NCBI GenBank assembly: GCA_012295275.1 | Contig: CM022679.1 | Coordinates: forward strand, 1,550,001 to 1,614,000 | From: Chrysomallon squamiferum | Lineage: Eukaryota; Animalia; Mollusca | DNA length: 64,000 nucleotides | Reading direction: 5' to 3' | Shown here: positions 28,504-56,700 of the stretch, one piece after another | How positions within the stretch are numbered: position 1 is the first letter of the stretch | Layout of the letters: the number at the start of each line of letters is the position of its first letter | Position numbers and translations under genes: made by a program | The notes under the pieces: generated by a model | The model's database searches: none | What the model was told of the DNA's origin: nothing | What the model saw: only the letters and a program-made list of their open reading frames with translations

Positions 28504-29567
28504 CGTTTTTTTATTTTTACTTGTATTACTTTATGTAGACTTTTTGGGTTTTTTTTAAATTCTTTATAGTATCTCAGAGATGTTCGATATACTTAAAAAT
28601 AACAGATGCTAATTATGAGCCATTCGTGAGACGAAACAAGTCTGATAATCATTTTGTAGAAGCTGTATAAAGAAGAAAAAACAGCCAGCTCCGAAGTGCT
28701 GTTTAGGATTTTGAACCAGTAGACATAGCAAAAGTAAAGAGCTGGGACGTAAAAAGGAGAGATGACGCTTTACACTTTATGTGTGACGTACAAACGAGAG
28801 TAGTAGACTTCACATGTTATTTATGAAACACTAAGGAGATTGGTTGGGTTCATGAATTATTAGCTCGAGTATCCTCCAGCGGGGATCAGTTCAGTCTGAA
28901 AGCATATCACTGGTTTTTCTCCACCAGAGATAGGTCAATAATGTTTTCTGGTAAATCTTTGGCTATGCATTCCTTTTCTACAGGCTTTAGATCGGTCATT
29001 TTTGAATTTCCTAGTACCATAAAAATATTTAAAAAAAAAAATTAAAATGCAATGTAGATGTTGCACACGCTACAAGAACAAATCCCGAGCTCCACGTTAT
29101 GAATGTTGTACAATTCTCGATATTCAGTTTTACTGTGTAACCTAGCGGCAAGTTTCGCAATGAAAATATGTGTCGAAATCGTGATCTCAAATTTTATTTG
29201 TTAAACAAGTTTGTTGGAGAATTGCTCAAAGGGAGGCCACTCGTATTAACTGAGGGTTGCGTTAATTTCATGAATTGCAATTTAGTTATACCGAAATGTC
29301 TATGAAGTTGAATCGAACATTCTGTGCTAAATTTTATGAAGTACACATTTTATTAAAATGATTATAACTGAAATAATTACAACGATTGTAAATAAATAAA
29401 CATTAACATAAAACCAAATCATAAAATAAAAATATTAACATAAAGCTACGGGTTTCTGCTACATATCAAAAACATTGCACACACGTTTAATAATTCACAG
29501 AAAAAACACAGTGAGACTCAGAATATTTAATATTTTTTTAAACATTTACATAATGTAACAGTGTCTG

Positions 29568-32500
29568 TTATTTCCTTTTTCCCTTCTTTCCAACACTGCC
29601 TCCACCAAAGGCCTTCGTTTTACCTGCTTTTCCAAATCCCCCTAAACCAGTTCTTTTACCCTTGCCCCCTTTTGACCCTGTCCACCCTTTACCCCCTTTG
29701 CCTCGTTTTCCTCCTTTTTTTCTCGACTGTTTCGAAATAGGCGTTGTTTGACCTGATCTGAAATTTAAAAAGTAAAAATAAAAATTGAGTATAAATAAAT
29801 ACATTTTTTTAATTAAAAATTAAAAAAACAAAGAAGAAATGTGTCTACAAGTGAGCATGATTCGTATTTAAACCCATGACATTTTAGCTTGTTAGGTTTT
29901 CATCAGATCAAAAATTAAATCTTTAAGTCTAGAAAGTGTTAAAAAGATCGTTTGTTGTGATCAAGGAAACCTAACAATAAAACCTCCAAGTTAAAAGGCA
30001 GCAACCCATCGAATTTGCATCATGTAGTGATGTGAGATGATAAAATCAAACACTGTCAGGTATGATTAAAGCTGCCAAGTATATTTAACTGTGTCACTGA
30101 ACTCATTTTAATAAACTTCAACTACACTGATTATCTCAGATACTGACTGTGTTTTCTCCAAGGCTTTCATTTCATTATTAAAATTTTTATATAAATTATA
30201 AGCCAAGGGAAGTAAATCTTAACTGGTAATTTTATACAAAGATTACAAAAAAAAAAAAAAAAAAAAATATATATATATAAAATAAATAAATATATAAATA
30301 AATAAATAATAAAAATAATAATAATAATAATAATAACAAATAAATATAATACAATGCAACACAATGACAATGAAACAAAATTGTAGAGTGAAGAATGTCT
30401 TTTCAAATAAAAACAAGATTTAAAAATTGTCCTATTAACCATCTATTCAACAGATAAACACGTGTTTGTTGATTTTCAGGCACTAAATGTGAATGCGCAT
30501 GCATAGACATACTGGCTTTCAATATATCTATCATCATGTATGTATTTGTTGATATTATAATAGTTAAAAACAATTTTAAAAAATGTATAAAAGCATATAT
30601 ATCTTACTTGTTACGTTTTTCTTCTGCAAGCTGCTTGGAAACAGCAACACTGATGTTCAACTTTGGCTGTTTGTTTGTGATGCTGTCTAAAATGCCAAGT
30701 TGTTTCTTTGCTTCTTTCTTCAAATCACCATAGTTAGCCTCGAACTAAAAAATTAAAACCATACTGATTAATTTTCTATCACTGTGTTTTCTGATCACAT
30801 AAATTACAATTATTAAAATTATAAACGACATAAATCATATTTACATATTTTTTGTTTGCTCATAATAATAAAAAAATTATAAGAGACAAATTAGATCAGT
30901 GATTTCCCTAAAGTTTTGCTACTGTGGAACCTTAGAATATTTTGTACATACAGTAGAACCCTCAACTTACATGTATCAATAACAATACAACTTACATACA
31001 TGTGTGAAGACAAATATATCTGTGACATTATAGATAATGCACATTATTACAAATGATTTACTCATTCATTCTGGTTTACTGTTTTAACAAATATTATTTT
31101 GTTTAGATCACTCTGGATTCATTTTAATTAATAATTTGTCTTTCACAATCCATTTTATTCCATTTAGTTCTGTAAATGAAGTTTGAAGATTTCAAAATCG
31201 GACTGAACAAACTGTGATATTTAAGCCAACCAGTGAAATCAACAGACAGAGTAATGAGGTGATTTTAAGTTACAGAGTGTTAAAAACACCAAGCTTGTCA
31301 GCATGAAAAAAACAAAAATGAAAAAGATATGATAAGAGTGTTTGTGAAGACAGAAATGAAATGTTTGAATCATTTGCATAGTTTTAACCTCTGTCAGTGA
31401 CTAATACATCAGTTATTTTTACTAGTTTACTGTTGTCAGTCAGTTATTTAGTTATTTTTACTAGTTTACTGTTGTCCATCAGTTATTTAGTTATTTTTAC
31501 TAGTTTACTGTTGTCAGTCAGTAAATCAAAGTCTGACACAACCATCACTGGTTAGTTAACTTGTGCAGTACCTTTCTTTTCCTTCCAGAATGTTTTGAAG
31601 GTTTCTCCTTTGGCAGGTTTTCTGTGAAGCGACCTATTGATGCTGTGGACTTCTTGGCAACAGTCAAGGCTTTAGCGAGATGTTCTTTGTCAGGTGTGTC
31701 TGTCGGTGTTAACCCTACCCCTGGAACTATAAATACAGTATAAATGTTTTACTTCTGTTTTAAAACACAAAAACATTCTTTTCATCTAGGATTAACCCTA
31801 GAAACACTATGAGAACAAAAATTAAAATTAAAATTGAGCAACAACAATGTTATTCTTATTAATTTATTAACCAGATATAAATATATCTTTAATTGCTTAA
31901 AATACTGCAGTTAAGTATCTAATATTTTAAAACAAGAATCTTGTGCTTGATCTCTTAGTTACTTTTTTTTAATTATCATCATCTGACAAAACTAACCTTT
32001 TGATTTCTTTGAGCGAGCCAAATTTCTTAACCTCTGCAGTTCATTCTTTGCAACTCGTTCCTTCTTGGCTTCCTTTCTTTTAGCAAACTGATCTTCATAA
32101 GGATCTGAAAAAAAAGTGTAATTAAACTATTAATGTTGAATTAATTATAACCGAATCATTAAATTTAAGCTCTTTTATTATTATTACTTTTTTAATTATG
32201 TATAATTTCTTCTTGATGGTTTGTATATTATTAAACATGAAATCTCTTGACAGTTATAGAAAGTTATTTTATACTCCTATAATGAATTACCGTGAATGAT
32301 TCTCCTTTGGTTTTTTAAACTGTATAAGTTCTTTTTCATGCTTTCAAACTTTGATGCTTAACATTTTACCTGAATAATGTCTTTAAACAAAAAAGGTTTT
32401 GTCATGATGTAAGTAACGTACAGGTCATACTGTTTAACACTTAAACATATCTGTTATTAGAAACAGAGGTCTGATGTGAGTGGTATGTACTGACATGATG

Positions 32501-35428
32501 GGGTATAGGATAATTCAAAAATATTCACAGGCAGGTCATTTCACACTGAAGTCAAAACTTCACAACTGATTCGTGATAAACCTAAATAAGCATTTTTTTC
32601 TCTTTCCTGTAGGCATATAAATAATAACTTTCACATAACCAGTAAAAGCAGCCAAGTAGTAATGTGTTACAGAATAATTACATTACCACCGCACAATCAG
32701 AACCATTTGTGAATAAGTAATAAAATTAATAATAAAATAATAATTTGTTTTAACATCTTTTTTAAATACTGTTAATCATATTCCCTAGTTTCTGATACAA
32801 AACCATACTTAATGGCTGTAACTGGAAAAAACCCAGAGAACAGAAGTGATCTTATGGCCACTCACACATCAGTTAGAGACACAGTATGCCTGGGAAGGGA
32901 GATAACAAACACAGCCATTGGAAGGGGAGATAACAAAGTGATAAAATATCCAGAGAGCTATCTGAGTATTGAATGTAACAGAAACTGAACCTGCATTTTG
33001 TGGCACTTCAACCAGCCACTCTTTTGTGTTGTCGTGAGCTCTCTGGTAGCCCCAGCGAGGTTTGTATGTCTGAAATAACAAGTTGTTAATTAAAACATTG
33101 CAATTAAACTTTGAAAAACCGCAAAAGAAATCAGTGGACAGCTAATAACATTCCAACCCTCAAACAATATCAACTACCAAGTATCTGAAGAAAATATATA
33201 CACTTCTAAAGTTTAAATCAAAGCACTGTACCTAATGTTCACAAAATCAACAAAAGATAAAGCAGGTGTACAATGAAAAATTTGTACAAAGGGATAAACA
33301 TTTTAGTCATGTAATTTAAAATTATCACACAAACTGTGTGAGATAAAAATTTTTCTCAAAGTCTATTTATTTCATTTCCAATAAATAGATGCTTTATTCT
33401 TGTGGGGGGTGATGCTGGAACCTTTTTTTTTTTCTTCTTTTTTTTTTTTTCAGTGACAATGAACTAATCAAAGCATAAAATAACCTTTGTGGTTTCATCA
33501 AACACCATCCGTCCTTTTTTCTTTTTCATAATCCCTTTCAACTTGGCGTACTTTGCCCATTTAGTCTCAGCTTTGGCTTTGGGAATCTGAAGCAGAAAAA
33601 GAAATATATTTTCAATTTCAGTAAAACATAATCTCAGCAATATATGACAAAATACAAGTTTGATTTAATAGTGCAGAAAAAATCAGTTTATTCTGACTAA
33701 TCAGTAACTGTTAAACATAAATAAAACAGATAGCAAATACATTACAGTTCTTTTCTATTGATAGTGAAAAACTTCATCAGTACATGAAAATATGACAAGA
33801 AGCAGGTTGTGGCTGAAACTAATCCAATAAGCCACCAACTAAATTAATCCTATACTAACCACACACAAACAATTTATTACTCAACTACATTTCATAAATA
33901 TTAGTAACAACCAAATCTGATGTTTTCTAACTTTAATTAACATAAAAAATTAAATATATTTTTAAACAATTTACAAAATGAAAAGATGTTTCCGTAAAAT
34001 TCCCTGATCATGATTTTTGTAAACCATAACACAAAGTGATGTATATAACATTTTTAGTATTTTTTCGAATTTTTAAAAAATTTGGACTTGGAGGTGGGGG
34101 TTTTTGAGGAGACTGTTACAATCATTTTTGTAAATATTTTAAACAAGTATCTTTCTTTTTCAGTTATTTTCATTCTGTGTGTTTGTTGTTGTTTTTTTTT
34201 TTTACCTAATCTTTACAAAATTGTTGTAATTTTGAAAACAAACAAAACTGTTCTAAAAATTCTACTCACTGGTTTCTCTCTTGGAATCTTTGTTCTTGTG
34301 TCTGGTAACTGAACAAAATATAATTTTCACATTTATTAGATTTCACCAGTGGACAAATACATGAAACAAAGCAAAAACTATAACGTGTATACACACAGGT
34401 GACTTATTGTATGGATGTCTTTTTACGAATGTACACACATATATACACTCAAACATATGTCATATCTCAAAGTTCAGCAAATTCAGGAAATAATAACACA
34501 AAACAGTATTTAGTATGGATATATGTATATATTATGCATCTAATCATGTGTCAATGTGTATATACCTGTATGCATGCATATATTAACAGAAATCTGAATC
34601 ATTTATCAATAAAATAAATAACACAGAAATAATTTAACAAACCACTGCTATGGCAACTCCATCAACTTTCTCAATAGGAAGCTGAAAACAAAAGAAAAAC
34701 ATGACTTAAAAGTATTTTTCTAAATTGATTAAAATAACTTGGAACTTGAAATCAATAGGCTATATGTAGATATGTATGTATAAGTTAAAAAACAGTATTA
34801 TTATTATGCAAGTGAAAATTTTTAATTTGTACAGCCATAGGAATCAGTTTAAATGTTGATAAATAATTTCTTACCTGCCAAAGTTTGTTAACAAGAAGTT
34901 GAGTGTTGTCTCTTGTCAAAGATTTCAGATAATCTTCTTTATTTGATCTGTATGATTGAAACTAATTTGTGTTTACGACATTCACAATTACAAGAATTAG
35001 ATTTAAAGCATAAATAAATATTTACAAGAGCATAATTCATGTGACTTAATTCAGGTGACTTTATTCAGTGAAATTACAAGTGTCAAAAACGATCAGTCAA
35101 AGTTTGTTTAGGATGTACCGTTAAACTAATTTTAATTAATCACAGTAATCTAAAGATCAAAATTCAATTTTAAAACTAATAAATTATAAAACTTTAAATA
35201 AAACTTAAAAGCCCAATTATTGCATTTTTCTTGGAACTTGGAACTTGGAAGCTTATTGAAAAATGAATATAATTACCTAAAGAGTTTAACGTCAAGTGGG
35301 TTAGCATCACAAGCCAAAAGATTTCCCTCATCGATGTCTAAATCTATGGCCTTTTCAACCTCTATGGTTTTATATTTTGCTTCTTTTTCTGCAGCTGAGC
35401 GAAGTACATTTTCCACGAGGTCGTCCAT
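29568..35428 (-). CDS. RRS1: Ribosome biogenesis regulatory protein homolog, 10 coding exons, 357 aa
   Basis: Exons: 35277-35428, 34875-34947, 34643-34681, 34270-34308, 33485-33586, 32991-33069, 31997-32104, 31572-31726, 30608-30744, 29568-29757. All are GT-AG and phase-consistent, totalling 1074 nt. Motifs: DEGNLLACD, RDNTQLLVNKLWQLP, IPREKPIPK, TKWAKYAKLKGI, PRWGY, KEWLVEVP, KERVAKNELQRLRNLAR, STASIGRF and a Gly/Lys-rich tail. Confidence 0.97.
31410..31522. repeat. ~40-bp tandem repeat, 3 copies, in RRS1 intron 8
   Basis: agttatttttactagtttactgttgtc occurs three times. Confidence 0.85.
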
Positions 35429-35939
35429 ATTTACAAATCGTCTATCGTTAAATATAAACTAGTTTTTGATTGGCAATTTGTAGCCAATAGATAACGTTGT
35501 TTTTATTATGTGTTTTTGTTTCAGGCAGGCAGTCAAGCTGTCGTAATTTGAAGATAAATTGATTAAGAAGTTATTAAAAATAAAATATAATTATGTCTTA
35601 TTAATTCTTCCAGCTACGCATATATCAATTCTTATTTCGCCTGTACATGTTGATTCACAAACACGGGATGACAAGAGACTGTCGGTGTACAACTCATTTA
35701 ACACCCACGTACGAACTGTCCATTTATAATTTATTATACTTATTACTGAATATTTTAAAATGTTAAATTAATTACGTATTTGTCACAGTTTTACAGAGTC
35801 AGATAATTTATAATTTACTTCCAAATTACTCTTTTATTATATGTTAGTTCTATATTATTATATTTTATTGATTTTTTATTACAGGAGGCACATTTTGTAT
35901 TGACACCTATGTTGACGTGCCAGCGTGTAAAAACTTGAA
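35429..35939. promoter_or_regulatory. Putative bidirectional promoter shared by RRS1 and PDXDC1
   Basis: Only 511 bp separate the divergent start codons (35428 and 35940). Opposite-facing CCAAT boxes lie near 35469-35488, and CpG is locally retained. Confidence 0.7.
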
Positions 35940-50297
<14,358 letters not shown>

Positions 50298-50301
<4 letters not shown>

Positions 50302-50913
50302 GCAGTGAGAACAGCAAAGAAGACACGCCCTTGAAATCAATTCTCAAAAGTCCAAAATCAGAAAATCCAGATCCCAGCTGCAAATCTGCCGGTGCAGTCA
50401 AAGCACAGCTCATTAGTCAGTCGTCTGTCAACCACGACAAAGAGGTCGCAGAGGTCAAGGCTGTTCGGCTGGCAGAGGAGGCAGTTGAAGTGGACAGCAG
50501 GTAAAAATAAATTAATAGTTTTACCTGCACATCTAAATAAAACAGCTGTTTTATCTCATTTGTTTAAATATTCATGATGATTAACATCATTATTATTATT
50601 ACTGCTGTAGTAATGTTGTTATCATTACTGTTAATAGTTTCAAGTTCTGCTATTATCAAACTATTTTTATTATTTACTAACACTTGTGTTATCTTCTTTC
50701 TTTTTTTACTTCATTCCATTATCTTTCCACTTATTGTTATTGTTATTATTATTATTATTATCATCATCATCATTATCATCATTATCAATCATCATTGTTA
50801 TTTTTATCATTATTATCATTACTATTGTTATTTTTGTTATCAGTATATTATTATTATAATCATCATTTTTCTTGTCATTATTATCATTTTATTATTTTTT
50901 ATTATTGTTACTA

Positions 50914-50981
<68 letters not shown>

Positions 50982-51045
50982 TCTGTTCCTAACCAGGTCA
51001 AAGCTTCCAGATGCAAAAGATGAAACAGCTACATCATCGTCGTAG
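50298..51045 (+). CDS. PDXDC1: Probable C-terminal continuation of PDXDC1 in the -1 frame (to 50500), plus a terminal exon at 50997-51045
   Basis: The -1 frame reads ...ERLPSPMSSENSKEDTPLKSILKSPK...EVDS and ends at a phase-2 donor AG|GTAAAA (50500/50501). The acceptor ctaaccag|G at 50996/50997 continues in phase as RSKLPDAKDETATSSS*. Confidence 0.55.
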
Positions 51046-54000
51046 TGAGTGTGCAATACTGCTGTTGCTGTAGTTGTAGTAATTCCATCATCATCGAAAA
51101 CCACTTATTATACGTTTCATGATATGGGAAGATACACTCCAGTACTGCATTCCCATTTTTAACTTGATGTTTGGTGTTTGAATGATATGGGGATATTTTT
51201 CATTATCATCTGAATTGAATGTTTTTATGTATATGATGAAGGATAATTATCATCATTGAAATCCAATATTTTAAACTTTTACTATGCAAAATAAAGAACC
51301 TAATACATTTATGTCTTTGCTGCTTACAAAACTGACTGACATTTGTATTGCTTTGTTCTGTAATGTTGGGTATTTTGTCGGTTTGAAGTTAAAGAAAACA
51401 AATAAAATGTTAGTGAAAATGTTTTTTTTAATCAGAAAATGCTCAAGTTGTTGTCTGATGTTTCTCTTTCAGAATCTAAATATGTTGACTTCATCAAAAA
51501 ACATTCAATAACTATATTGTCAAGTATCAGAGCAAGTAATAGGGTTAAATAGTGAAAAACATACTCTCAGAAATAAATGTCTACAGTTACAAATTAACAG
51601 GCCATTACACTACTCTAAAACTTGTTATCTTTGTTTTCTTGTAGTTTTGTTTGTATTTGTAGTGGTACCAATGTGCAGTGAGAGACCTGCTCCTGACTAA
51701 ATATACTAAGAATATATTTCAGATTTGGGGTTTCACTTTGTTGGTTTCACTTTGAGGGATTTATTTTATCAGGTTTCTCTTCTTTCATTTTCTTCTGTTA
51801 ATTTAATTTTATTATCACTTCAAAATAAAATAAAAGCTGTGATTCATTTACATTTTTCTATTATAAATGCATCAGAAACATTCCAAATTTGTTTTTACTA
51901 AAAATGTTGTGTTTTTGGATTTGCATGCTTGGCTAATTTGTATTAACCAGAGTGTTTGTGTGTGCATGTCCATGCCAAATGAAGTTATACCTTTATATTT
52001 TTCTAGGCAATATTCAAAATCATTTACACATCATACATTACTCTGTCAACAACTAAGATTGATGAAATCCAGGAGTTAGCATAAATAGGATCTTGCTTAT
52101 ACTAAAACTCTAATTATTGTTGTTTTTTGTTTTTTCTATTTGTTATTTTTATCTATAGACAAAACCAAGTTAAAATGAACTTACTCATCTGTTAGAATTT
52201 TATGTATAAATTTGAAGGCAGGATTGTATAACATTTGTGTGAATGCAAGATTTACTTTCTGATTCTGTTCAGAATAAATTTTATATTGTGTGATTGTCAG
52301 AGTTTGAGATGATGACAGTTGTGATATCACATTTGTGATAAAAATATATGACATGCCACTGACTGATTACAGTTTTCACGAAGAAGAGAAAAAATTTACT
52401 TTTTCATCTAAAACAGGTTTGATAAGTATTGTGTTGATATTTGTAAATGGGACCATGTTTTAAATTTATTACTTAGGTGTTGTTGGGGTTTTTTTTTTTT
52501 TTTCAGTATTTCAGAGTTTGTTATTGTTTGGGTGTTTATATTTTATTATTTAAGTTTTTACACCAGTTTAAAGAACTTTTGATGAGTTCCCTTGAAGAAG
52601 TACACAAAGCAGAGGTCATATTATATTTATTTTTTATTTAATTTTTAATCCCAGATTCAGCTGCTACTTTTTTTATTATTATTATTATTATTTAGTCTTT
52701 TATTTTATTTTATATTTCATTTTATTTATTCATTTATGTATTTATTTATTATTTTCTCAGAAATACCAATATAGGTATTATGATAATATATAAGTTTCAA
52801 TGGTATTTCACAACTCGAAATGAACTTGGATCATTTTAAAGTTTAACATATTCCACTCACTAAATCATATATTAAGTAGTTTTTTACTTTATACACAACA
52901 TTTATAAGTACTGCATACCTAGTCAATCCTTGTTAAAATTGAAAATAAAAATCTTTAAAAATTAAAATCTAAAAATAGCAGCTTCTTCTGAAGCCAGTAT
53001 CAGCAGTAACTCTGACTTTGTGTACCTTTCATGGAAACATGTCATATTTGTTATAATTAAATATTGTTACTGAAACTCACTGTAAATAGAATTTGACTAT
53101 TTATTTGTTAATATATAAACCACTGCTGTTGATATCCAATTGTACTGGTTTTCTTAAAATGTTGGGAGTATATATAAATTTCAGTAATGCATACCATTAA
53201 TATATAGCAAGGCACAATGTAAAAATGTTAAAAATAAACATGTTTTAAATATGTTTTATAACTTAAAATATAGTTGTTTGACTTTTGTGTGTGTGTTAGA
53301 GTTTCAGTATTCTGAATATACATGTGCAAGCGCAACTTCGTTTATTTGTTTTGTTTTGAAAGATATAAACAATAACATTAATAACAGAGTATTTATATAG
53401 TTATTTAGTTTAGCTGTGATTGTTTTATTAAATAAATCTATAATTAATATATTACCCACAAACAGATCACCTTAAAAATTAAATTAAAAAACTAATACGT
53501 AATAACCTTTTTTATTTTTAGTTAATTTTGTATGGTTTTTTATTTGTATTATTTTTTTTTTTTTTATTATTTTGTTATTATTATTTTTATTTTATTTTTA
53601 TTTGACTATGGGGTTTTTTTTAAGACAAAAAAAGAGAGACATTTTTATCATTATTATTATTTATTTATTTATTATTTATAAACATTATAAGATATTTTTA
53701 GAAACACTGGGACACTGTGTAACCTATAGGTAACACTATTACTTCTCCACATTGATACTACACCCTCCTCATACTACATCATCACCATCACTGCAGCTAC
53801 TACAGCCATCATAATTCCACTAACTTTGTTACTACACAAGTTTTAATAACATGATTCTGGTGCGTTTGCATGCAACTGTTAAACTCTGGATCTCTGATCA
53901 TATGAAACCCAGCTGTTTTCAAATTGTCTTTTATTTCTTTTATTTTTATACAGTTTTATATAACTGCTATTAAACTGTATTTATCACTTTGTCTCCAGAG

Positions 54001-55495
54001 AATTCATTTCCTTTTTATAATATATTTTTGTTTGTTGCAGATATCAAAATGTGATACTGCAATTACTTCATGCAGCAGATCATTTTGTTTGTAAATTTAA
54101 ATCCAGCTTATGCTTCAGTTATTTCAGTTTTGTAATAACCCTTACACACACTAGCTTTCATTCTAACTGTAATGTACATAGGTAATAGCAATGCTGGGTG
54201 AATATTTCTGGTGTGGATAGAGGTCAAATTTGTCCTGGTTAAACATTTTCATATGCATTTCTCATCTGGTTTGTTTCAGATCACAAAACATGTTCTGTAT
54301 GAAAGCATTTTTACATCACATGACATTTATGTAAATTATCTTGACTATTTTTTTACATATGATCTAAATATACCATTCAGCACTCAGTAGTCTGCTTAAA
54401 GTTTGAGGGTTGCTTTATAACAAGGGTATTTAATACCATGATATATTCCCATGGTATTATTTCTTATAGGTTACCATATTCAGATTACTTATTAAATATA
54501 GAAACAGTATTATAAGTTCTGAAAGAAAATACAAGTTTTTTCCTTTTGTAATTCCATTTGTATTTTTGTGTGATTTTTGCTAGGTAACGTAAAGTATTTT
54601 AAAAACAGTTGTTTACTCCAGATTCCACTAATGTATAAAAGTGATAGAACTTCATGGAATAACATTTAATTGTGTTCTCACAACTCAAGAAATCCAGTTT
54701 AGTTTGACTTTAAATTTGAATTCACCAGTGCATGGCTCATGTACTGACATCACACTGGATGCAGTTTCTATTTTTATATTTATATACTAAGAAATAATTT
54801 TAAAAAGTATTAAATAAATAAAACCAAAATTATGAATACAGCAATGTTATTTCAAAGTGTTTCATGAAACAACCCAACTTTTCTACAGATGAAGGGTACT
54901 TCAACATTGCATCTGAAAGTAATTTTTTTTTTTTTACTTGTTTTGCAAATTAAATTGAAGAAACAGCTTGAGCCAATAAAACTAAACCATATTGTTTTTC
55001 TTTCTTTTTCTTTTCTTTTCTTTTATTCATTTACAGATAGCTCGATAAGTAAATAGCTAATCAGGCAGAAAATGTTAATTAAGAGAGGTTAATATGTATT
55101 TATTTATGTATTTATTTATTTATTTATTTATTTATTTATACTTGCTGAGGGTTGTTAATTTGTGTCTGTGATTCACAGCTTGGTGTTTTCATTTTAATGA
55201 TCAAAACTAATTGAGCATAATATACATATATATATATATACTGTGGTTTTATCATGTACATTTGTCAATACATGTCTTTTCCAAATACCAGGTTACAAAT
55301 CTGGGGTTAATAAAAATAAAAGGGAAAAAATAATTCAGTATTTTTTGTTGTTTTTTTATTATTATTATTATTATTTATATTATCATTATTTTTAGTGGTT
55401 ATTATTATTGTTATTATTATTATTAATTTACTGTTATTTATATTATTATTGTTGTTATTATTATTATTAATTTACTGTTATTTATATTATTATTG

Positions 55496-55566
<71 letters not shown>

Positions 55567-55929
55567 TTATTATTATTATTCCAATACTGAGGGCCTGAGT
55601 TTTGGCATTTTATTTTTATGCTGAAGCAGAATTTAAAATTGCCACAGATAAATAAATGAATCTGAAATTCCATTAGGTTCCTGCAACTTCTAAACGTTTG
55701 GCATGCAACATCAAAATTGAATTGTGGAAAGCAGAACTAAAACTGAACTATCTCTGAGTCAATTCAAGTAGCATTTACATTTTATGGGAAGAAGAAGAAC
55801 AAATTTTTTTTTTTTTTTTAAATGTAAGGAAAAGTAAATATTGTATTTCTCTTAAAAAAACCACCAAAACATTCGTTTCATTTTTGTATTATTTATTTAT
55901 TTATTTATTTTAATTAAAATCACAGGTTG

Positions 55930-56700
55930 TTTTTCCCGACGTTTCTTGTCACAAACGCATCTGCTTGATCGTGTTTTACGACAAAACTTTGAAATATAAA
56001 TTACCTCTTCCTTTTCCACCCACGACATTGAAAAATCACGTGATACGAGAATTTAGCGTTTCACAGAATTAGTCTTCTGACACCGACTAGGAAAATAAAA
56101 ATAAAATTTGTGATCAGGCAATCGGTCCATTTCATTTTAATAAAGCGTGTTAATTTCGGCCTTTACTAAAGCCAACTTCATTTTACGAAATAGTAAGTCG
56201 TTGTTTAGCGTGCTTTAAAATAAATCATTCTATGAAATGTCATTAGGCTATTGATAAGTAGCGCCAACAGACGTGTTTTCGCGCAAACAGTCATACTGTA
56301 AGGAATTCAATGCTACACGGAAAGGACCAATATTTCATATCTTCTTTGAGCGAATAAAATACTTAGTTACTAAGATAAAGGTGATATTTTTAATTACACT
56401 GACTTGATAAATGTAAAAATACACGTTCTGAATTTACACGGTTCGGGTATTTATAATTATAGGTCGTTTCCGTTTCCACCGATTCCCAAACTGAATGACG
56501 GGCGGTCAGAGGGAACACGCCATAGTTGCGTGTTAGTAATATCTAAATAATTAAGTAATAATAGCTTTTATTTAATTTTATTTTTGTTGTAAAAATCCTG
56601 TACGCTAAAAATAATGTTTCCTGAGGGAGACGTCTAGGCGTATTTCATTACAAGAAAGTAATATTCAGTTATCAAGTCGACAATAGAATAGCCATGGTAT
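55930..56700. promoter_or_regulatory. CpG-retaining, promoter-like island between the convergent PDXDC1 and TRAF7 3' ends
   Basis: Many CpGs against CpG-poor flanks. Motifs: TCACGTGA 56036-56043, TTTCGCGC 56277-56284 and CGCCAT near 56518. Confidence 0.4.
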
